Shown: positions 38,550-53,608 of the stretch, one piece after another
How the letters are laid out: the number at the start of each line of letters is the position of its first letter
Position numbering within the stretch: the stretch's first letter is position 1
NCBI RefSeq assembly: GCF_008831285.2
Contig: NC_045138.2
Coordinates: 1,550,001 to 1,614,000 of the forward strand
Source of the DNA: Nymphaea colorata
Taxonomy: Eukaryota
Direction: 5' to 3'
DNA length: 64,000 nucleotides
Translations under genes and position numbers: made by a program
Notes under the pieces: generated by a model
The model's database searches: none
Seen by the model: the letters and a program-made list of their open reading frames with translations, nothing else
What the model was told of the DNA's origin: nothing

Positions 38550-39689
38550 TAGCTACAAGTGTCTGTTTGACACTCCTCTAGGATATAGCTCCTCCATCCA
38601 ATAGAAATACATAGCCTGGAGCAGACTTGCAACTGTTTTGGCACCCTGCAAAGTCAGAATCTGAATACCCAATGATCTCCAACTGGTTTGACTTCCTGTA
38701 TGTGAGCATAAAATCTTTTGTTCTTTGTAAGTACCGCAATACTCTTTTGGCTGCTTTCCAATGATCCATATCAGGATTACGTAAGTATCTGCCTAACATT
38801 TCCTCGATAACTGCAATATTCAAACGAGTACAAACCTGAGCATACATAAAGCTTCCCACAACAGACGAATAAGGAATCATTTCTATTTCCTTAGATTCGA
38901 TCATTTAACTTAGGAATAGTACTCAAATTTGCATATATCATGGAAGCAAAATGCATCGTACAAAGAACAAAATTACCAAAACATGCTCATAATCAATACA
39001 TGTACAAAGATGAAATAACAAATATAAATGAATTTAAATACAATGGCCTAAATCCCATCACAAGGTACCGGTGCAACGTTAATATCAAATCTTTGGATTG
39101 AAATATTAACTGAAAGTGGTATTCTTGGTCAACAATGAATATAGATAATTAGCTCTGTCAAATAACGAGCCCATCTTTGGATTGACTCACTATTCACATG
39201 GAAACCTGAAAACTATCACAAATTTATTGCCCTATATGCTTGAACCTGACCAAACAACAATCCTCCTTTGAGTTGATCATTACCTGCTTGGATTTAGTAC
39301 ACCATCATCTATGGTTCAAAACTGGCAAATTCGTACCATAGAGGTCCGTTTTGCGATATGAAGTACAAACCTACTCATTTCAAACAATAGACATGACGAA
39401 AGATCAAATTCATGGTCCAAACATTCATCTAAAGTATATCCACAATCTTAATAACATGCAAAACATGATACATGAATTAAAATTCACATACAAAATTTTG
39501 CCCTACATTGAATCCAAAACCAAATGATTTAATGAAATAAGCCCAAAATAGTCCAAAATTTTATAAAACGGTACCATAATTGTCCTTAAGTAGGTCAAGA
39601 ACCACTAAATCAGCCTTAAAATAGCCCATATTGTTCTTAAACCACAACTAAAACACCCACATGGCCCTAAATAGGGCTGAACTAGTTTA

Positions 39690-40090
39690 AAAATTGCATG
39701 AACCAGTAAAAAATAGACCGAATCGGCCCCAAAACCCACTTAACATGTTGAAAAATGGCTAAAATCGGTTTCAAAACTGAATGAACCAACCTAAAAAGCT
39801 CTGAACTGGTTAGAAAAATCAACTGAACCGGTCAAAAATTCAACTGAATCGGTTTGAAAACAACTGAATTGGTTTGAAAAGCAACTGAACCGGTCTAAAA
39901 ATCAACTGAACCGGTCTGAAAATCAAATGACCGGTTTGAAAAGGGTCCGAATCAGATCCAAAAAGTACGAACCAGTTCCAAAAAGTTCTGAATCGAGTTG
40001 AGTGGTCTGAAACTGAATGAACCGGTTCAAATCTCTTCAGAACCGGTTTAAAAGAAAAGGAACCGTTTTTCAAAATTTAAACCGAATAGA
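39690..40090. repeat. Degenerate ~20-bp array (aaaatcaactgaaccggt) in the copia leader; duplicate at ~42480-42760
   Basis: Seen directly. Confidence 0.8.
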
Positions 40091-42759
40091 TAGTGTGAAA
40101 ATGATCAGTCTAGTAGTCATAATAATTCAAGTAATATACAAAATTAGAAGCATGCAGAAAAAAAGAGAGCACCCCCCTTGCAAATGTGTTTGCCAGCGAA
40201 AGCCAAAAAACACTAGCCCTTTTACCATGGTTTTCCTAAAATGTAACAAGAAAAGAGCCATGATACAAAGAATCATCGAATGGGCTTCTTCCCAAGGAAA
40301 CAAATACCATGAAGGAATTCCTACCAAGGTCGCAGAACATGCGAGCTTGGAAACAAAAAATTAAAGTGAAGCAGAGGCCAAGTCTAGTGACTTTATGAAT
40401 AAAATAGACTACTTGCAACGAACCAATCTCATGGCAAAAGCAGGCTAAACAAAGAGACAAAGCCAAGCAAATGTAATTCAAGAGAAACAGTAAAAAATGA
40501 AGGACAAAAGAAAACCAAAGGACTGATGGGAGATTTCCCTCATGCATACACAAAACGAATATGCCCTAAACAGGATCATGTTCATGCTAAATTATTGAAT
40601 CCAAACCATAATTGTAGAGGAAGTGTACCTGAATCCATTTGAAGCGCACAAACGGTAGATCACAGTAGGATCTTCCAGGGTTTGTGCTGCGCACGTGCAG
40701 TCACTCTCAGATGGGAAAAAGACAACGCTAGAAACCATTGTTTCTGGCAACCATTCACACGATCACAGGGACTTCGATTTTATATTATGGGCAATTATGG
40801 ATTCAACCCATCAAAAAGTCTGTAATTGCGTATAGGTATTTATACATTACAAAATTACCCCATATCATATAAAATGACGTAATATCCCAAAACGCAATCA
40901 TTTAAGCAGATATTTATATTAAGACAGCCACAATGTCTGAAATTTCTCATAGACATATGCCGGCCCATCATAGACATGTGCTTCGACTTTGACGAACTGC
41001 AGCTGTTATTGGAATACATGGCTACTGAATTATTGTCACACAATAACCTTAGTGGTCTTTCTACACCATTCACAATGCGCAACCCCGTCACAAAATTTCG
41101 TAACCACAAAACATGATTGGATGCCTCATAACATGCTATGAATTCCGCTGCCATGGTTGAAGGGGATCTTATTAACCAAAGAAATACGACTTTGCGCTAT
41201 GGTGAGTTCAGCAAAAATCAGGAATCCCCAATGGCTACAAGTGTCTGTTTGACACTTTTCTAGGGTATAGCTCCTCCAGCCAATAGAAATACATCGCCTG
41301 AATCCGACTCGCGACTGTTTTGACACCCGACAAAGTTAGAATCTGAATACCCAATGATCTCCAACTAGTCTGACTTCCCGTATGTGAGCATAAAATCTTT
41401 TGTTCTTTGTAAGTACCGCAATACTCTTTTGGCTGTTTTTCAATGATCCATACTAGGAATACCTAAGTACATGCCTAACATTCCCTCGATAAATGCAATA
41501 TCTAGATGAGTATAAACCTGAGCATACATAAAGCTTCCCACAACAGACGAATAAGGAATCATTTCCATTTCCTTAGATTTGATCATTTAACTTATGAATA
41601 GTACTCAAATTTGCAGATATCATAGAAGCAAAATGCATTGTACAAAGAACAAAATTACCAAAATATACTCATAATCAATACATGTACAAAGATGAAATAA
41701 CAAATATAAACAAATTTAAATACAATGGCCTAAATCCCATCACAAGGTACCAGTGCAACGTTAATATCAAATCTTTGGATTGAAATATTAACTGCAAGTG
41801 GTATTCTTGGTCATCAATGAATATAGATAATTAGTTCTGTCAAATTACGAGCTCATCTTTGGATTGACTCACTATTCACATGAAAACCTAAAAATTATCA
41901 CATATTCATTGCCCTGTATGCTTAAACCTGACCAAGCAACAATCTTCCTTTGGGTTGATCATTACCCGCATGGATTTAGTATACCATCATCTAAGGTTCA
42001 AAACTGGCGAATTCATACAACAAATGTCACTTTTGCGACATGAAGTACAAACCTACTCATTTCAAACAATAGACATGACAAAAGATCAAATTCATGGTCC
42101 AAACATTCATCTAAAGTACATCCACAATCTTAATAACATGCAAAACATGATACATGAAGTAAATTTTACATACAAATTTTTGCCCTACATTGAATCCAAA
42201 ACGAAATGATTTAATGAAATAAGCCCAAAAGAGTCAAAAATTTTATAAACCGGTACCATAATTGCACTTAAGTAGATCTAGAACCACTAAATCAGCCTTA
42301 AAATAGCCCGTATCATTCTTAAACCGCAACTAAAACACCCACATGGCCCTAAATAGGGCTGAAATGATTTAAAAATTGCACGATCAGTCAAAAATATGCC
42401 AAATCGGCTCCAAAACCCACTCAACATGTTGAAAAATGGCTAAAATCGGTTCCAAAACTGAATGAACTAGACTAAAAAGCCTTGAACTGGTCTGAAAAAT
42501 CAACTGAACCGGTCAAAAAATCAACTGAACTGTTCAAAAAATCAACTAAATCGGTCTAAAAACAACTGAATCGTTTTAAAAAAGCAACTGAACCGGTCTG
42601 AAAATCAAATAACCGGTTTGAAAAGGGTCCGAATCAGTTCCAAAAAGTACGAACCAGTTCTGAATCGAGTTGAATCGGTCTGAAACCGAATGAACGAGTT
42701 CAAATCTCTTCAGAACCGGTTTAAAAGAAAAGGAACCGTTTTACAAAGTTTAAACGGAA

Positions 42760-43190
42760 TGGATACGGGTCGGGTACAAAATGACTGACCCGGATTCGAG
42801 AAACCATATTTTCAAAATTTAAACCTTATGAATACGGGTCTGGCCAATGCAACCCGACTCGAACCCGAAATCCAAAATGTAAACTGAATGGATACGCGTC
42901 GGGTTTGACATGACCTGACCTGGATCCGAAATAATTGTATGGATTCGGGTTAGGTCAGCACGACCCGATCCGAACCCGAAATCCAAAAATGTAAACCAAA
43001 TGGATCTGGGTCGGGTTTGACATGACCTGACCCGGATCCGAAGGAACTGTATGGATATGGATCGGGCCAACATGACCTGATCCGGATCCAAAATAACTTA
43101 AGCGCATGCGGGCGGCAAAAAGGAATTTTTTTTTGAAATCCTTATGGATCCGGGTCGGGTCTGCCATGACCCGACCCAAGTCCGACCCTC
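42760..43190. repeat. Degenerate gacccggatccgaa/ggatacgggtcggg array in the copia leader
   Basis: Seen directly; explains the repetitive spurious ORFs here. Confidence 0.75.
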
Positions 43191-45452
43191 TTGCCGTGCT
43201 CGACGGTTCGCAGGCAGCAGAGACCTTGGGTGGGCGCCGTCCGGCGACGGGGGACTCGCTGGCGTGGCCGGATGGAGGCGGTGGAAGCTCTTTTCTACTG
43301 CTCATCTGCCTGCTCCTTCAATCCTTTGGGTGGCTACAATGGTGGCAAGAGAGCCACCGGGACGCCACCCAACAACGTGGGTGGCCCCCAGCGGGTCGCG
43401 CCAGGACGGCCGGAGGTCGGCCGTTGCCTAACGGCCGGTAGACGCACGCCTAGACGGCCTGAAACCAGCCGCCCCTTCCTTTTACCCTTTCTGCAATTGC
43501 AACGGAAGGCTGACACCTTCCATCAGCTTCAACAGATTCAAAACAGAATGTGATAAGTACTAGGTAAAAGATAAATGGTTGATATCTTGGATTGAGACTG
43601 AGACAAAAAAAAAAGAAAAATGCCCCTTTCAAAGAAGGTGTGGACACAGCTATATAAAGAAACTTTATATATTTCTTGCTAATAAGGAAATGAGAATGAA
43701 AGGTAATAACATGTGTACAAACTCAGATATGAAAGAATTTTCGATTTCTATTTAATGACAAGCAATTGGGATAAAGCCTGTAGAAAAGGAATTTGTTGTA
43801 AGAATATGATTGGTAAATAGTGATTTTCATAGCGAGATATCAAGTTGATAATATTTCAAAATAATATAGAAAAACAGAAAAAAATACGAGTGATTTATTA
43901 CTTGTGAAGAATTTTAATTTTGAAAGGATTAAATTTTAAGCAGAGTGTAAATATATGAGGTTTGATTCATGAAGATATTGACTCAATAGGTGTGAATGAA
44001 TAAGTCAACCTCAAGTGTTCGACAATTGAAAATAGAATATACTGGAGTAAAGCAAAGATTGGCATTCAACTTGAAATAAATGATGACCCAATCAATAACA
44101 GAAGTAATAAAATAGGAGGAAAGACATATTATGGGTATTGAACCTAGAAAATTATTTGGCTAAAATTAAATGAAGAAAAATGTGTGACCTGAGTCAAGCA
44201 AAGTTGGTAATTGAGCCAATAGATGGGTATCATGTTCAAGAATAGAAGGTTTAACAAATAAATAAATGAGAGATTGACAAGATATGATAAAATGTAGATT
44301 TTGAAGTCATTCTAGAAAAGGGACTTGCCAAGGAATAATTGATGACCTACTAAAATTATGAAAGTAGTAAAATTGGAGGGAAGTCACACTATACGTATTG
44401 AAGCTAAAAAATATTTGGCTAAGTATAAATGAGGGGAAAAAATGAATGACTTCGGTCAAGCAAAGTTGGTAATTGAACCAATAGATAACTCTCATGTTCA
44501 CTAATAGAATGTTAGACAGATGAATAAGTGGGGGATTCCCAAGGTATGATAAAATATAGATTTTGAAGCAATTTAGAAAAAAATGGACTTTTTGAATGGT
44601 AGTATTTGGATAATCAATGTCACTTAGGTAGTAGGGTTGAAGCACGATTTTATAACGTGGTCTTGTTGAAGACTATAGAGATTATCAAAGAAGACAAGAC
44701 ATTAATTCAAATGATGAAGATGAAATGTAAAATTGTTGAATTGATCAAGGAGTGCTTGGAAGACACACATGCACTCATCATATAATGATTAACAACCAAT
44801 ATTTTCTAAAGTCACATTTACCATCCATCATGCAGCTTAGTTTGATCAATTATGAATATTCCATATAAAATATGCCAATATACCTTCAACAGTGGGCCTA
44901 GTACGAGCATAGACTCTACCATTAACCAACTAAGATCTGGGTTTCTTATGTCTCCTTGGTCACTCATCAATATACTATAAGTTACCACTCATAGTATGAA
45001 CGAGGGAACTTCCCCGCCCAATGTATGGTCCAGTTGTAAGGTTTAGTCTTGTGCTACCACCTAAGACCAATCTTGGCAACATGATAACTGAGAGAAATAG
45101 GTATTGGAAGTTTTTGAAATATGAGCAAGCGTGCAAAACCGGTTGTCCCTAATATAATGTTTTCTATGATAATGATTAAAATAAATAGAAGAGCAAAGAT
45201 TATTTTCAATCAAGTCTTAAATTGAGGAGGATTATAATTCATCTTACATCTATGTAAATATGATTAATCTTCCTCAATTAGACCTAAATGCAATTGAGCA
45301 AACAGTAAGGAATGTAATGAAATACTGATGCAGTCAAGGCCAAAGAAAGAAATATGCTTTATCATCGGCAATATATGAGATGTTCAAGTTTGTCAAAATG
45401 CATCAATGATAATTATAGCCCAACAATGACGAGTCCCATCACGGTCGTCATC

Positions 45453-47937
45453 TATTTACAACTCCATAAATTTTTTGTTTTTTGAGAGCCTTTGCCGGGG
45501 ATAATCAATCCAAGAGCTATGCTTATTTGTTATGCATTTCACTTTTGCTTAAACATTTTTTTCATTCTAAATATCGTGCAGTGTTTTGAGAAAATATTTA
45601 AGATTTGATATTTCAAAATTTTGAGGATGTTAAAAAGAATCATTTGAGGTTGTATCATTTGGAAAAACTTGAATTGAAAGATCTTTACAAATATTGTTTG
45701 GAAACATTTGAAGATCATCATTTGAAAATCACTTTGGTATTCTCTTAAGACTTCAAGTAGGTTTGATGTTTTCTTCGAATTTGGTTACTACCTAATTAGA
45801 GCTTTATCACATCTTGCTTAAGTTGTTTTAGAAATGTGTTTGCGATCGTTTGTGATGTTAAGTGAATGTGAATGTATGAATGCATTGATCCTACATGACT
45901 AAAATGGAATCATTCATTCCGACCATAACATTCAATTAAGATCAGTTCTTCTATTACATACCTCTAAGATTTTTGTTTTATAATTGTCATGAATATTTTT
46001 AAGAACAAATATTTCATCTATTGTAAGGAAAATTATATCTCCGACATTGGGTATTGGAGAAAAACAAGCATACATAAAATAGAAAGTTAATAATATACAA
46101 AAGTTGTCATTGGGATCCCTAGTCAGATGACTAAAAAAAATGATAAATGTAAGAATCGCATGAAAACACAATTTAACATGTTCACATTCATTAGGGCTCA
46201 CATTTGTAAGGGTTTTCTTGTGGTGAACAAGTCTCAATTTCAAAAATCAACATAATAACAAAGAAATCTCAACCCAATCACTCATTCTTTCACATATTAA
46301 TTTGAAAAATCAGTAAACTATGCATGGAGATCATTTTAAGATTAAACAATGCACACATTTAATGAGCAAAGAAAAGAACTCATGTCAATCTTAGAAAGAA
46401 AAATGATGTTCTATTTCACCTTGCTCATACTTTCTGTGCACTCAAGAACATTTCATGACTCTGGATAGAGGATTTTAGAGCTACCTTATATGGCCAAGGG
46501 GAGACGAAAATAAGAGAAAAAAAAAAGAAAAAATGATTGAGGTATTGACTACATACCTCTAAGTAACTGGTTAGAGAACTAAGCTTCTTATCTAGATGAT
46601 TCCAAAGCCTTCCCAAGTGAATTTTGAAAGTGTTGAGAATATCTCCCCAAGAGGTCTTTTTGTGCTCTCTTGAAGAATGAAAGTTGAAGAAAAAACTTGT
46701 TCCCAAGGTTTAAGAAGAAGAGGAATGAGAAGAAGAGAGTTGGGGAGAGCCAAGGGAATAACTTCAAAATCTCGTATGGAAAAACTCTATAAATTCTCTT
46801 AGGGTTAGATCATACCCAAGAGAAAACATTTGAAGGGTATTTATACATAATTTAATAGCCAGAATTCAATATTTAATTTTTTTTTAATTTAACAAGATTT
46901 TTATGCCAATTACAAGTATTCTTTTAATTATTTTTAATCATTTTAATAGGTCTTGACCAAAGGAGATAGGCCCTTAGTCCTGTAAACATCCATTTGAGGG
47001 TGTTGGCAGGGCTAGTGCCCACCCAACAAACCCAAAATCACCCTCAAATGAGTGGATTTAGCCATTTTTTTTAATGGGCCACTAAAGGGAATTGACCCTT
47101 AGTCCTGCAAACACTCACTTGGGGGTGTTAGCAGGGCTAGTGCCCACCCAACAGACCCAAAATTTTAGCCCAAAACAGGGCTTGCATTGGGTGCGGGCCC
47201 TACCTTGACCATGCCAGGGTGCACATGGCCAGGATTGGCCAGACGCGAGGCTAAGGTGCGGTTTTCCCATATCGGCTCATTTTTTGGGCCAACGAGGGGA
47301 GTTTAAAGCTCCTTGGCCCCCTCGGGTAGGGTTCACTAAAAAAATTTAATTTTTATTTTAAATGCACATTTGAAAAGGCAAAATGGTCCTTTTGTTAAAA
47401 TGGGTCCAGTTTCAATTTGGGAGGTTTTGGGTACGTTTTAGACTCGGATCTGGTTCGCTCGATCGCAAATGCGTTCTAATCGATGCCCAAGGCTCAGATC
47501 AAGGGTTAGATGTGTGTTTTGAGCTCAGAACATATACTTAAAAGCTTTTGGCATAAGGTTGGGACAAAAAACAAAATGGAGGTTTGCAAGGACACATGCG
47601 ACGTTAAAAAGTATCAAAAATTGTTGTGGATCCATTTCTTAATATGGACTCAATTTTGACTGGCCGGGCTCGATTATGGATCTTGGATATGTATTTCAGC
47701 TTGAAGTGTCAATATTGAATCAAGGACTTGGTTTTTGATCTAAATTTGTGTTTGAAGTTGGATTTTGGATTTAAAAGTGCTTTTGGATTCAAATATGGGT
47801 CTAGAGGTCCGTTTTGGGGCAAAATTGGGTCCAAAGTCTACAATTTGAACCGAATTGCCATAAAAATCATTGAAATCACTGAAATAGTGTTTAAAAAGAT
47901 GGAGTGTAATTTTTTGGAAAAATTTGAAGTAACAACA
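45453..47937 (-). mobile_element. Ogre/Tat-like 3' LTR, copy B counterpart of 24968-26641
   Basis: Same termini and PPT; retains ~46237-47115; has its own ~85-bp deletion near 45486. Confidence 0.78.
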
Positions 47938-50900
47938 GCTGCCCTTCTTTGCTACGAAGTAGGTCTATGTCGTGCTTAATGGCAAAGATAAGCATCAAAT
48001 TTTGAAAGCAAAACATCCCTTACCCAAGTGGTCTGGTAGGTACCACATTATATGCTTGATCTCAATGCTAGAAAAAAGAGTAGCGATCGAGGGGAGAGAA
48101 CAATAGGAGAAGATTTAATTAATTAAGTCAAAATTAAGTAACATGTGATTGGAAACCAGCTTGTATTGAAAAGCACATAATCATCTGCCAAAGACCAGAC
48201 ATTGTGGTGGTCAAGGAGCCTACTCCAGGTCATCTAAGCTCAATGGACTCAGCTCAAACAAGACTTGTTAAGTGATCAAGTTTGGGAAATTTGTCTGAAA
48301 TTGACTGATACAAAGGGATTTAACATTCCTATTAAGAAGGTCAAGCCCAGGGATGTCAATATATCGAATTTGAATTGGATGTATATTTTTCCATATTTGA
48401 TTTATTGGGTATTGACCTGTTCAAATTTTAAGACGAATATTCTACTATATCATAATCCAATTTTTAAATTCATAATCCGAGTCCGATTCAAAACCCACTT
48501 TTATTTTTCCCATCCAAATCCAAATCCGACTTTTAAATTTGCAAATTAAAAATTAACTTTCAAAATGTATGGATAATGGATATAAGATATTTGTTTGAAA
48601 CTGAATCCAGATCCAGATCTAAGCCTGATTGGATATTTTTTAAAGTTGTATCCACATCCAATCAATTTTTTTCTTACATCTGAATTTGATATGATTCATT
48701 AATCATATGTTAATTCTTTTTCACTATATCAAGGTTATTTGAAAACGGTTGTCCAAATTTGATTGATTCACATCCCCATTCCAGATAGACTTCCTTTTTG
48801 AACTTATGTTCTAAAAATTAAAGTAAAAGAAGTATCCCCTTTTTATGAATAGCAAGTCAAGGCGAGCAATTTTCAGTCTCAATGGTGTAGCATAGCTAGT
48901 CTGGTGAGAGCCTGTCTCTGTACATTTCACGTAGGAACTGCTCTTCTAAGTCCACTCTTGTCCTGAAATAGTAGGCGAGGAGAAGGGGGGGAGCTTCGAT
49001 CCTTCGGTTGCTTCTGCCTTCAGATGCACTTTCCAACCTACTCTATACCCGTCTACGTTGCCGGTTGTCATGTTCAATCGACAGTTTAGTGGCGCACAAG
49101 GATACGCCATCTTGATTGTGCCAAAGTAAGAACTTCTCAATGGGATTTGAGGTAGCAAGCAGTGGTGGAGCCACTTGCTAGCTGGTGTGGGCAATTGCCT
49201 ACATCAGCCGAACAAAACTTTTATTATAGCATCTCAAGATCACATTGTCATGACTCAAAAATTACATGCTATGCCCACATGGGCCCTGAGACCACCTTAA
49301 TTTTTTTTAATTTACATGTAAATTTTAGAAAATTTATTTTGTCTTACATAAAAATTTTAAAAAATGATATTTCAGCCTCTATCAAAATTTAAAAACTTTA
49401 ATTTGGCCCCTGTGACACATTTAAGAGATTGCAATCATCTTATTTCATTTAATTTCCCCTATGGTGGTATGAAATGTCAAATCCATTTTGTCTTAAGCTA
49501 ATTAGTTCCACATTATAATTTAGTTAGTTGGTTAAGGTTCATAATAAAACATTTTCCATGATATTTTCTTATGAAAATATCATTAAAAATGCATCTAGAA
49601 TTGAAGCTGAGAAACAGTCTTTCAAACATATTTTCATGTTCAAATTCAAGAAACAAGGGTTTGTTTAGTTTAAGTCAACGGCATCGAAAGAAGAACTAGA
49701 TCGTGGCTAAATCATTTGTAGGACAGCAGACCCCTCAACATGCTTGGGCCAATATCAATATCAGGGCCCCAACCAATAGTCCCATTAGACCCAGGGTGGA
49801 GCGAAGCCTAGGCATTGGGTAGGGTACCCGGTACCCGGCCTGACTCGGGCTCGAAAAAAAGGCATCGGGTCGGCCCTACTAAGCCTAGTTTGACTCAATA
49901 AATTTTTTTAATATTAATTATATTGATTTTCACTTATAATATTTTATTACAATTAATTATATTTTATATGATATTTTATATTAAAAAAAGTATATATTTT
50001 AATTTAATCGGTCTGTGTTCGGGTTTTGTGTGTCGGGTTGGGCTCGGGTAGCTCTCTCATAGTACATTCATAACGTCCTGCATAATCTGCCTAAGGTGCT
50101 AGTGGATTGGATTTTTTTCCAACTAGTGACACAAATCCCTATCTTTAGGTATCGCTAGCGATGTCCACCCGGAGATATAATCTAACGTTTGATTCATATG
50201 CAGATTTGACTGGTTGGATTCCATAAGAAAATTCAGATCTAATTAGGAAAACTGGATGCAAGTTTGTTATCGTATTTCATACCCAATTTCAGTGGACAAC
50301 TGAATCAGACTACCTGGAAAAAATTGGATATATTTGTAATCCCAAATCTGAATCTGAACTCTGATACTAATAAACAACACCAGATTACTCAATTATGCTG
50401 ATGTTATATCCGATCCAAATCTAATTAGTTGACGTCCAATGATTCTATTTCTTTATATTAGAAGTTCTCTGCATTTACTAAAAAAAATAAAAGACATTTG
50501 AATGCCGCAAAATCAGCCACGGTTCATTTCCGTGGCGAACAAGCGAGTGGCCCCCACCATTTGAGAGATAAAAGGGAGCAAAGTTTTTCAATAGATATTC
50601 ACCCACGCGCATATTTGAGCCCATAGAGAGAGAAAGAGAATCAATCCATCATTGATCGAGAGAAAGAGAGGGACAGAGGGAGGGCTTTGCTTGAACCAAG
50701 GAGTTCACAGACTTCATTTTCACGCTTCTTCTCTTCTCTTCTATTGTTCACAGCTCTCGATTGCAGGTTTCTTCTTCTCGAGTTCTCCTCTCTTCTTCGA
50801 TCACAAAGGGAACTCCACGGGTGAGGGATGATATATTGGTTCCATCTAATGAGCTAGAGATTGAGCATAAGGTCTAGCTGGTTGAAGGAGGTTTAGAGTC

Positions 50901-52652
50901 CAATATTTGGAGTGTACCTTTTGGGCTCAATATGATGTTATACCTAGTGCCAGGTCGTCAGACCAAAAAAAAAAAAGGAAAAGGTTTGGAAAATCTATAA
51001 AATAGACATCCGCAATCTATGATGGAGTCGATATCTGGATGCAAGTAAAACTTTTGGGGATAATACAGATAAGACTGTCAATGACGTCATGTTAACAATA
51101 TAAGCTCAAGTTTGAATATGATGTAAAGGAGGCTTTAGTCTAATGTCTAAAGAATAGTTATCACAAATTATATATTGTATTCATTTCCAACTCTTTGGTT
51201 ACTCCTTCTGGTTATCTGTATGTTAGCTAGGTTTTTCACTAGATAGTTATTTGAGAAACTACTTGTTTAGGTAGTCTAGTCACTAATCTAGGGTTATGAC
51301 TACCACTACAACAGCTAAAAGTAATTTCCTTTCACTTTTCCAAAAGTTTTTTTCTTTTTAAATTTAGTGACATTTTAATCTTCTATCGTCTATTCTAATT
51401 TCTAAGTATTGACAGGAGATCTTTCCAACAGCTATTATAAAGGATGAATGAACCCTTTTAACATCATCATGGATTAGAGGAAGCCTACTCCATGATGATG
51501 ACATGGGCATGACTCAAGCCCACGTCCCAATGCTGATCATGTGTTTCTATGTACATTATTATTATTATTATTTAAAATGAACTGTCACATCCACAATATC
51601 CTAAAATATCATCAAGTGGCATCTTTTATGGATATAATTATGTTTCAAAATCTCACATTTTCTTAGAAATAATACAGCAATAGAGGCAATATTTTCTCTT
51701 TGGCATAATATAATTTATTGAAAAATACAACCTAAAAAGGAAAGGCATCTTCACCCCAAGGTGCAGTGACAGAGATCGCAAGGATATATAGAGGCTCAAG
51801 TAATTGCTTTGACCAATCCAAGGACATTGGGAGAGAGAGAGAGAGATACCTCATACCGTTTTCTATCATTTCTCTTATTCTTCTTTTATATGAATACTTT
51901 TTCTGTGGTTCTTTCATGCCACTCGTCTTGTTTTTTCCCTTTAGGTTGTGTTTGATCTTGGCGATACACGCTTGGGACACGACGAGGAGATTACCGAGCG
52001 GGACACGTCCAACAACGGGGTGACATGAGGTGGCTGGACGCGGATCCGAATTTGTGAATGTGGGATGGCCCCTCCAATATTGAAAACCCAACCCGGGGTG
52101 AGAACGCACAGGTTGGGTATTGGATCATCTTTGGGCGATCTGGGGCAGAACCCGGATCCATTTTTTGTGTATCGGTCGATTAAACCAGGTCTACTAAAAA
52201 CCAGGCGAGTTTTTTTGAGCAGATTCGGTTCGACATGCCAGACTCGGTTGTCGAACTGAGTCAGTGGGCAGACAGCTTGCACACGTGAGGCCGCCTGCAT
52301 CCCTCTTCCTCTCCCGCTCCTTCAAAAACCAGCGACGTGAAGGAGCTTGGGCCTTTCAATCGAAATTTTACCTATTAATAGGGTATTTTTGTCTTTAATT
52401 TGAAACAACAAACTGTCTGGGCCTGACAGTATATATATATACACTGTATTATCCCACCAGTTTGGCCTTGCCCTTTTTCTAGTGATACATTATCGTAGGG
52501 CCTACGAAACCTCATGTCGGGTGCATTTACATGTATAGCTAGCTTTAAATGAGATGAAATTTTGACGCAGTACTATGTTTATAAAACTCTGGTTAAAATC
52601 ATTTTCTAACATGTCAATGGAGAAGCTGTCCTGTAACCATATGATGAAGATC

Positions 52653-53608
52653 TGATACTTCGGGTAAACCTGTCATTGGAGAAGCTGTCCTGTAACCAAG
52701 TGATGAAGATGGGTTATGGACATGCCCCGAGCTTCCATCATCACCTGACTGTGAACTGCCAGCTCTCTCCCGCTGATAAACTGAACTGCACTGACTGAGA
52801 TTATCGGCATCACTTGATCTGCCCCTGCCCAAATGCACTGACATCTTCTCTGAGTCATTTGTGCTAGACTGATCATGCAAATTGAAGGCAACACCATCAT
52901 GATTTCGGAAAGCTGTATTCAGATTATGAGCAGCCACTCTGTCAACTTTTATCTCCTTGGATACACTGGGGATTTGAGATAGTGGGAATTTATCCAGTGT
53001 TCTTGTGGCTTTCTTTTGAGAGGCCAACCACATAGCCAAAATAGACAAAGCCAATGCTATGAATATCCCAACTGAGATACAGATCACGACCCATAATTTG
53101 AGACCAAAGAGAGCTGTCTCTTACAAGACAATCCGAGATGCGACTCTTAAGTCTGTCTCTGTTAGTCTGTTAGTCTCTGAAAGCTGTATCTCTGTTGGGA
53201 TATTCATAGTATCGGCTTTGTCTATTTTGGCATTGTGGTTGGCCTCTCAAAAGAAATCCAAAAGAACACTGGATAAATTCCCTCTCTCTCAAATCCCCAG
53301 TGTTTCCAAGGAGATAAAAGTTGACAGAGTGGCTGCTCATAATCTGAATACAGCTTTCCGAAATCATGTTGGTGTTGCCTTCAATTTGCATGATCAGTCT
53401 AGCACAAATGACTCAGAGAAGATGTCAGTGCATTTGGGCAGGAGCAGATCAAGTGATGCCGATAATCTCAGTCAGTGCAGTTCATCAGCTGGAGAGAGCT
53501 GGCAGTTCACAGTCAGGTGATGATGGAAGCTCGGGGCATGTCCATAGTCCATCTTCATCACATAGTGACAGGACAGCTTCTCCATTGACAGGCTTACCCG
53601 AAGTATCA
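52653..53608. ncRNA. Candidate long hairpin RNA locus, copy B (RLCK-V fragment inverted repeat)
   Basis: Arms 52653-53082 and 53184-53608 with the same loop; six substitutions counted versus copy A. Confidence 0.6.

Larger units (their letters stand above)
36932..42764. repeat. Local tandem duplication, unit 36932-40094 repeated at 40095-42764 (second unit has a ~0.5 kb deletion)
   Basis: gtgaaaat.at.agtctagtagtcataataattcaag starts both units; paired ORF remnants at 38119/40855 and 38384/41126. Confidence 0.92.
37397..43534 (-). mobile_element. Internally deleted, partly duplicated Ty1/copia derivative (Bianca-like): 3' LTR, PPT, RT end/RNase H, repeat-rich 5' leader
   Basis: PPT AATGTGGGAGAT before the TGTAAGG LTR start at 37816; [42 protein letters not shown] motifs; no gag, protease or integrase seen. 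Left LTR limit and lineage are approximate. Confidence 0.8.

Noticed and set aside
42955..43553. Overlapping GC-rich ORFs
   Set aside because: Low-complexity retroelement leader with no recognisable domain.
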